Assembly: GCF_000143415.4 (NCBI RefSeq)
Contig: NW_003314304.1
Location: 1,594,730 to 1,658,729 of the forward strand
DNA from: Selaginella moellendorffii
Taxonomy: Eukaryota; Plantae; Lycopodiophyta
Length of the DNA: 64,000 nucleotides
Reading direction: 5' to 3'
Part shown: positions 58,477 to 64,000 of the stretch, in pieces
How the letters are laid out: each line of letters starts with the position of its first letter
Position numbering within the stretch: the stretch's first letter is position 1
Made by a program: the position numbers and the translations under genes
Notes under the pieces: model-generated
The model's database searches: none
Seen by the model: the letters and a program-made list of their open reading frames with translations, nothing else
Told to the model about the DNA's origin: nothing

Positions 58477-60051
58477 ATGACGTCCAACACCAAACCAGTG
58501 AGGCTCCCCCACTACTTCACGCTGAAGAATGCCGAAGGGAACTACCTGACACTGAGTGCTGTTTTGAACTACCTCCCTTTCAACTTCTTCTCCTCCAAGG
58601 AGAGAACCCGTCTTTCAACATATGAAGCCCTCTACAACTCCAAAGACAACTCTGATTCGACGGTGATGATCCGTGCTCCAAATGGCCGCTATTGGAGGAG
58701 ATTTTACGACAATTCCTCGCCAGGAACAATTCCGTCAGCCCATGAAGAGCCCAAGGATCCAAGCGACAAAACTTATCATTTCCAGATCGTCGAAGCTCCC
58801 GATGCCAAGAACAAGATCGTTATCAAGTCCACAATCGACGGTCTCGACGTTTTCCCAGCGGCCGAAGTGCAGAACGCCGAAAGCCTTGCTCTCAATTTCC
58901 CGACTTTCTTAATGCTCAAGGCCAACAACGGCAAGTTTCTATCCGCCTCTTCGGGAGATAAGTCGTTGCGGTGCAACATGGACAGCCGCGAGCTCGAGGG
59001 AGCTTTCCAGGCCACGCCACTTGTGGACGGGAACTTTATCTTCCAGAGCGTTACCAGCAAGCTCTTCTGGCGCCGGGACACTGACAACGATGACTGGATC
59101 ATCGCAGACACAAAGAAAGAAGCCGCTCTCGAGGATCGTTTCTGCCACTTCAACGCATCCAGAGTGAGTAAGAACATGATCACCATCCGCTGCGTCGGAT
59201 ACGACTCGGGCCTCTTTGTCCTTCGTAGCGACAACGAAAACAAGCTCAAGGCCGTCTCCTCGAGCGTCGACAACGCCGCGACACACTTCACCGTCTATGA
59301 TGGAACCAGCAACAAGCACATCTTCAACGTGAAGTACCTTCTCGGGCTTGCGGAGGTGACCGATATCCGTCCTCTGGTCGTCGGCCAAGGCTCGGTGGTG
59401 AACAACGGTGGCCAGAACGCCGACCTCCAGGTTCAAGTCAGCTTCACCGAGTCCGTATCAACGAGCAACCGCTGGATGACGTCCCAGACGGTGGGACTGG
59501 AAACCAGCCTGACCGTGAGCGCTGGAATCCCCGAGATCGCCTCCGTAGAAGCCACCGTCACAGTCGGGGTGGAGAAAACCACCGAGACCGAGCTCGGAAA
59601 GGAGATGACCAACCTGCTTACATTCCAGTCTGGCTATCTCATCAAAGACGTGCCTCCCGGAGGAGAGGTGAGAAAGTTTTCAAGCCTTGGGGTCATTCAA
59701 TTTGATTCTTTTACCTTTTCTTTCTTGCTCCAGGCCAAGGTGGCAGTGGAGTGTACCAGGGGAAAATGCAGAGTTCCCTTCACGTACTCCACCAAAGCTA
59801 CTCGACTCGACGGCATTGACACGAAAGTGGAGGACGAGATCGGTGGTGTTTACGAAGGTGTGTCCATTTTCAACGTCAGGGGCGTGATCAGTGGCTCGGC
59901 TCCTTCCAAACCAGCCGCTACTTCCAAACCAGCTACTGGTAGTGGTGGTCTTGTGGGTTCTGTTGTTAGCGGAACGGGAACTGTGGTTAGTGGAGTTACC
60001 AAGGGCACTGAGAAAGTCGTGGGTGGTGTTGTTGGTTCCCTGTTTGGCTGA
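58477..60051 (+). CDS. Agglutinin (amaranthin-like beta-trefoil x2) + aerolysin/natterin-type pore-forming protein
   Basis: VMIRAPNGRYWRR and KLFWRR..DWIIAD trefoil motifs; S/T-alternating hairpin SQTVGLETSLTVSAGIPEIASVEATVTVGVEKTT; CRVPFTY..GGVYEGV; 66-nt intron 59668-59733; TATA ~58348; no signal peptide from ATG 58477. Confidence 0.85.
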   Translation: MTSNTKPVRLPHYFTLKNAEGNYLTLSAVLNYLPFNFFSSKERTRLSTYEALYNSKDNSDSTVMIRAPNGRYWRRFYDNSSPGTIPSAHEEPKDPSDKTYHFQIVEAPDAKNKIVIKSTIDGLDVFPAAEVQNAESLALNFPTFLMLKANNGKFLSASSGDKSLRCNMDSRELEGAFQATPLVDGNFIFQSVTSKLFWRRDTDNDDWIIADTKKEAALEDRFCHFNASRVSKNMITIRCVGYDSGLFVLRSDNENKLKAVSSSVDNAATHFTVYDGTSNKHIFNVKYLLGLAEVTDIRPLVVGQGSVVNNGGQNADLQVQVSFTESVSTSNRWMTSQTVGLETSLTVSAGIPEIASVEATVTVGVEKTTETELGKEMTNLLTFQSGYLIKDVPPGGEVRKFSSLGVIQFDSFTFSFLLQAKVAVECTRGKCRVPFTYSTKATRLDGIDTKVEDEIGGVYEGVSIFNVRGVISGSAPSKPAATSKPATGSGGLVGSVVSGTGTVVSGVTKGTEKVVGGVVGSLFG

Positions 60052-60289
60052 TGAGAGTTTCATCGACTAAAAAATTATGGTGAGTTTTATGTAAAGCTAA
60101 GCTCCATTGGCAGGAAAGGTGGAGTGCCTTTTGTGATGAAGGATATTTGTCCGAGGAGTTGTTGAGGATCCACAGACGGTACGAATCGAAAATGGCGTCT
60201 CGTCACTCATTTTGTCTGTCGCTTATTTTGTTTTGCAGGCAATAGGAGTTTGATGCTGTTCTTTCCAGCGAAAAATCGTACCTTTCGCT

Positions 60290-60540
60290 GGAAGGAACAA
60301 ACAGAGACCTGGGAGCAAGAAGAACTCGGCAATATCCAGAGGACAAGACGAAGATAAGCTCGCATTTCCAGCTTCGTTACGCTGTTTCGTATCAAGCTGA
60401 TTTTAAGTTCGCTGGAGTCAGTGGACTGTTTGTTTTCTTGATCCCAGGTTGGCGATTCGAGAGTGTCGTGGTTGCCTAGGCGAGGCTCAACTCAAACGAT
60501 GATACAGGAGAAGACTACAAAGAACCGGAGAGTTAAGCTT
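60290..60540 (+). pseudogene. Collapsed 3' fragment of the SAM methyltransferase gene
   Basis: tgggagcaagaagaa..gaggacaa..gataagct and cccaggt..cgatt..gag..tgcctag.cgaggct match 63480-63800. Confidence 0.7.
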
Positions 60541-60549
60541 ACAAGATCT

Positions 60550-60860
60550 TTTCTAGCAACTCTAAAGCCTCCACTCTCGCGAAACACGAGCGAAGGGAAG
60601 ACCGCGGCAACGGAGCCCAAGACACGCGGTCACACGCCCACGCCGATCCAAATCTTCCGCCGGCTGCTCATCGAGGACGAGGAATCAGGAGCGCTGGATC
60701 GACAATGGGACTTTGGGGAATGGAGCGGAGCTCGGTCGCTGCCGCTGGCACTGTGACTTCGTAAGAATCTGGAGCTGCAGCTGGAGCTTAGGAGCTGGGA
60801 CTGGAGCTCGGGATGTTTGAGCTGTTGTTACCTGGATCACCGCGCTGTGGATCATCCTCT
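60550..60860 (-). pseudogene. Degenerate copy of AGP-like membrane protein gene
   Basis: Homologous to 61864-62256 with deletions and frameshifts; a further copy lies at 42540-42855(+). Confidence 0.7.
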
Positions 60861-61309
60861 TGTCCCTTGCTCGAGTGTTGTTTCTCTCGAATCTCGATCC
60901 AGAGAAAGACTTTCGGTGTTTGATCCATCAAATCGGTTGGAACATGGTACACAGGGCGCTCCCTGGCGCCCTCACATCCAGCACGTATGGATTCTTGCGG
61001 GTGGATTCGCACAAGAAATCTTCGTCCGAGGAAGCAGCGGCTGTGGCGGACGATCCGGTTGAACGAGGATGAAAAAGAATATACTCTTTAAGAATTTACT
61101 AAGGGGAATTTGAGAATGGAAATACTGTGATCATTTTGATAGTATGATATCAATATCATTCATTTAAAGCTGACTGTAAGGAACTGCTTTTTTTCTTTTC
61201 AGTCCGTCCTTAGAATCGCGCAGGATCAATGTGATGGTTTGTTGTTATCTGAGAATTATTTGCCTTGCTTGTGGCGATCCGTAGCTCCACCTTCTCAATA
61301 AGATATGGA

Positions 61310-61860
61310 GTGTACCACTGGGTTCCTTTCACGTCCTCCACCAAAGCTACTCGACTCGACGGCATTGACACGAAAGTGGAGGACGAGATCGGTGGTGTTT
61401 TCGAAGGTGTTGTTGGTTCCCTGTTTGGCTGATGAGAGTTTCATCCACAATAAAGCATGGTGAGTTTCAATTGAAAGCTAACCAGTATGGAGGATTTTCG
61501 TCCGGGCAGTTGTTGACGCGTCAGACGCTACTGCGATTTGACAGTACGTCTCTCGTAAAAGTCTCCGCATCCTACGTAAGTGCGAAACAAAAGTTGAAGT
61601 AACGCGACGCGATTTTGGCTGGAAAGAACAAACGAAGGCCTGGAGCAACAAGAAGTCGACATTGACAAGAAAATAAGCTTGCATTTGTCACGCTGTTTCA
61701 TATCTAAGTTGGTTTATCCCTGGAATGAGTGGACTGTTTGTTTGTTTCTCCCCAGGTTGGCGATTCCAGAGTTTCGCGACTGCCTAGGCGAGGCTCGATT
61801 CGATTCAACCCACTACGAAGAACCGGAGAGTCAAGCTTACATTGTCAGGGCCAAAAGATC
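61310..61860 (+). pseudogene. Tandemly duplicated aerolysin 3' end plus methyltransferase 3' fragment
   Basis: 61307-61440 matches 59747-60060 with an internal deletion; 61620-61860 matches 63480-63860. Confidence 0.8.
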
Positions 61861-61863
61861 TTC

Positions 61864-62256
61864 CTAGAGCTCTTCCCGGAATGGGATCCGCTTGCTTCCA
61901 TGCTCCACTTTCTTGACGTTACATCTCCTCCTGCGGTACACGAGCGAGACAAAGACCGCGGCAAAGGAGCCCAAGAACACGCCCACGCCGATCCCAATCT
62001 TCCGCCGGCTGCTCATCGAGGGCGAGGAACGATCCGCGCCGAGAGCGCTGGGATCGACAACGGGAGCCTTGGAAGCGGAGCTTGGCGGCGATGGCGGAGA
62101 GCTCGCCGCCGCTGGCACTGTGACTTCATAAGAATCTGGCGCTGGAGCTGGAGCTGGAGCTTGACCTCCAGGAGAAGGAGATGGAGCTCTGGATGCTTGA
62201 GCTGTAGTTACCTGGAGTGAAAAGAATGCGATCAGCATTACCGCGCTGTGGATCAT
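61864..62256 (-). CDS. Small arabinogalactan-protein-like type I membrane protein, 130 aa
   Basis: Signal-like N-terminus, AP/SP-rich region (APAPAPAP, SSPPSPP), TM helix IGIGVGVFLGSFAAVFVSLVY followed by RRRR. Confidence 0.7.
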   Translation of the reverse strand: MIHSAVMLIAFFSLQVTTAQASRAPSPSPGGQAPAPAPAPDSYEVTVPAAASSPPSPPSSASKAPVVDPSALGADRSSPSMSSRRKIGIGVGVFLGSFAAVFVSLVYRRRRCNVKKVEHGSKRIPFREEL

Positions 62257-62522
62257 CCTCTTGCTCGCGCCGTTGTTTCAGAGAAAGATTCCGGGGCTAG
62301 ATCAAATCGGTTGGATCATCACGTACGGAGGTCTACACACACGAGGCGCCCGCGTAATTGTGGCGCTGACTGACGGCCGCCAGTGCAGGGCAGTGTTATG
62401 ATTTTTCAAATGGAGAGGAATATACTTTAGGGATTTATATCTTTAGAAAAGATTCGAACCCGAGAAGAATCTAGGGCTATTGACTAATGTATTGATTTTA
62501 GGGAAAATAGAATATCCTTAAA

Positions 62523-62541
62523 GGGTTTAGGGGTTTAGGGC
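62523..62541 (+). promoter_or_regulatory. Telo-box-like (TTTAGGG) motifs upstream of methyltransferase ATG
   Basis: agggtttaggggtttaggg about 20 bp before ATG 62561. Confidence 0.55.
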
Positions 62542-62560
62542 AAAGTAACTAGGGAAGAGA

Positions 62561-63875
62561 ATGGGGAAGAAGAAGCAGCATCACCGCAAGCGCTTGGAGG
62601 AGGAGCTCCCTTCTTCCGCATTCGACTGCCACAGCGCATTGGAGGGAGATGCCGATGGCGCCGATGACGGCAATGGCGCGGCGGCCGTGCAGGGGGACGA
62701 GGAATGCGACGAGGGGCTCAAGCACGATTTGTACCAGCGCGCTGTTCAAGTAAAGCGTTGGCTCTTTTTCTTGCTTTTGGTTTGAGAAGATTGGACAAAC
62801 TTGCAGGCTCCGCGGGGAGAGATCAGCTACTTGCAGAAATTCTTTCTCACTTACGTTGGAGGTCGAATTCCACTCCATATGCGCGAGGATTTCTGCGGCA
62901 CAGCTTTGATCTGGTTTGAGTTTTTTCTTGGGCTTCTCCAGTAACTTTTCATGAGCAGCGCAGAATGGGTGCGAGGCGACGCGCGAAGAACAGCTGTCGG
63001 CGTGGATCTGGATGACGATGCTCTCTCTTGGGGGCTCAAGAACAACGTGCTGGGAGGTCGGGGTGACACAGCAAATCGTGTTGATTTGTTCCACCAGAAT
63101 GTGCTTCATCCGCTAGCAAAGTCGGGTAAGTTTGTGCTCGAGAACAGATCTCCAGCTTCTGTAGAGACAAGGAATGGTGGAGAAGGAGATGAAGATCCAG
63201 AAGAAACAAGAGTGGAACAACGCTCGGATGTCATCTGTGCATTGAACTTTAGCTGCTGCTGCCTCCAGGAACGTAAGGATCTGGTGTCTTACTTCCGGCA
63301 AGCACTGAGCTCCATTAGCAACAAAGGTGGAGTGTTTGTGATGGATCTGTATGGAGGATTGTCGTCCGAGCAGTCGCTAAGGATCCGCAGACGCTACAGC
63401 GACTTCACGGTACGAGACTTATTTTTTCTTTAAAGAAACGCAGCGATTCCATTACTTTGTTTGCTTTGTGCCAGTACACTTGGGAGCAAGAAGAGTTCGA
63501 CATTATCAAGAGGACAACGAGGATAAGCTTGCACTTCCAGCTGGCCAAGTCGCGTAGAGTTCTTCGTCACGCCTTTTCGTACCACTGGCGATTGTAAGTT
63601 CGGTCTTAAGTTCGCGATTCAATCAGTGTTTTCTTTTTGTTATATGTGTTCCCAGGTGGACGATTCCAGAGGTTCGTGACTGCCTAGACGAGGCTGGATT
63701 CGATTCAACTCACTTGTGGCTGTGCGAGAGGCCCGAGCTGCTCGAGAGAAAGAATGGCCTTGACAACACAAACGATGATAAAGGAGACTACGAAGAACTC
63801 GAGAGCTTCAACCAGTGTGACGCCTGGAACGCTTACATTGTCGGGGTCAAGAACCGAAGATCACAAACTCTATGA
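62561..63875 (+). CDS. Class I SAM-dependent methyltransferase-like protein (multi-exon)
   Basis: KHDLYQRAVQ.P, MREDFCGTAL, AVGVDLD..ALSWG, DVICALNFS, GGVFVMDLYGG, YTWEQEEFD, AFSYHWRL, WNAYIVG; stop TGA 63873-63875. Confidence 0.8.
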
Positions 63876-64000
63876 TACTACGAGCTCTTCCCATGACCAT
63901 ATAACTTCATCACTGTTTCAAACGATTACAAGCTTGGCTTAAAACGTCGCGTGGGATGATCGGATGAATTCCACGACAGCAATCACCGCGTTCTCGGCCG

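Overview
Eukaryotic plant genomic DNA with very short (~50-70 nt) GT-AG introns, tiny intergenic spacers and a PLS-type PPR gene. This style fits a compact lycophyte genome such as Selaginella (inference only). Bases ~1-33.5 kb are a tandem segmental duplication of ~16-18 kb units. Each unit runs PHO1(-), EIN3/EIL remnant(-), a tRNA-like element, AT-rich retroelement-like relics, an intronless LRR-Roc-COR (ROCO, TORNADO1-like) gene(-), and a KLHDC4 pseudogene(+). The one clearly intact large gene in the duplication is the 1436-aa ROCO copy. The two ROCO copies differ mainly at the exposed LRR beta-strand residues, while their Roc GTPase region is essentially identical, which is an immune-receptor-like signature. 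Next come sucrose-phosphatase and RPB6 pseudogenes, AT-rich repeats, and a decayed inverted copy (42.2-45.9 kb) of the 55.5-61.3 kb region that carries a MITE. After an assembly gap lies a dense gene block: DPB2/POLE2, a CAAX/CPBP protease, a 15-aa-repeat proline-rich protein divergent from a class III peroxidase, a PPR gene, an apparent in-frame trihelix (Myb/SANT)-amidohydrolase fusion gene, an agglutinin-aerolysin pore-forming protein, an AGP-like membrane protein and a SAM methyltransferase. Family assignments come from motif recognition by eye; no database searches were run.
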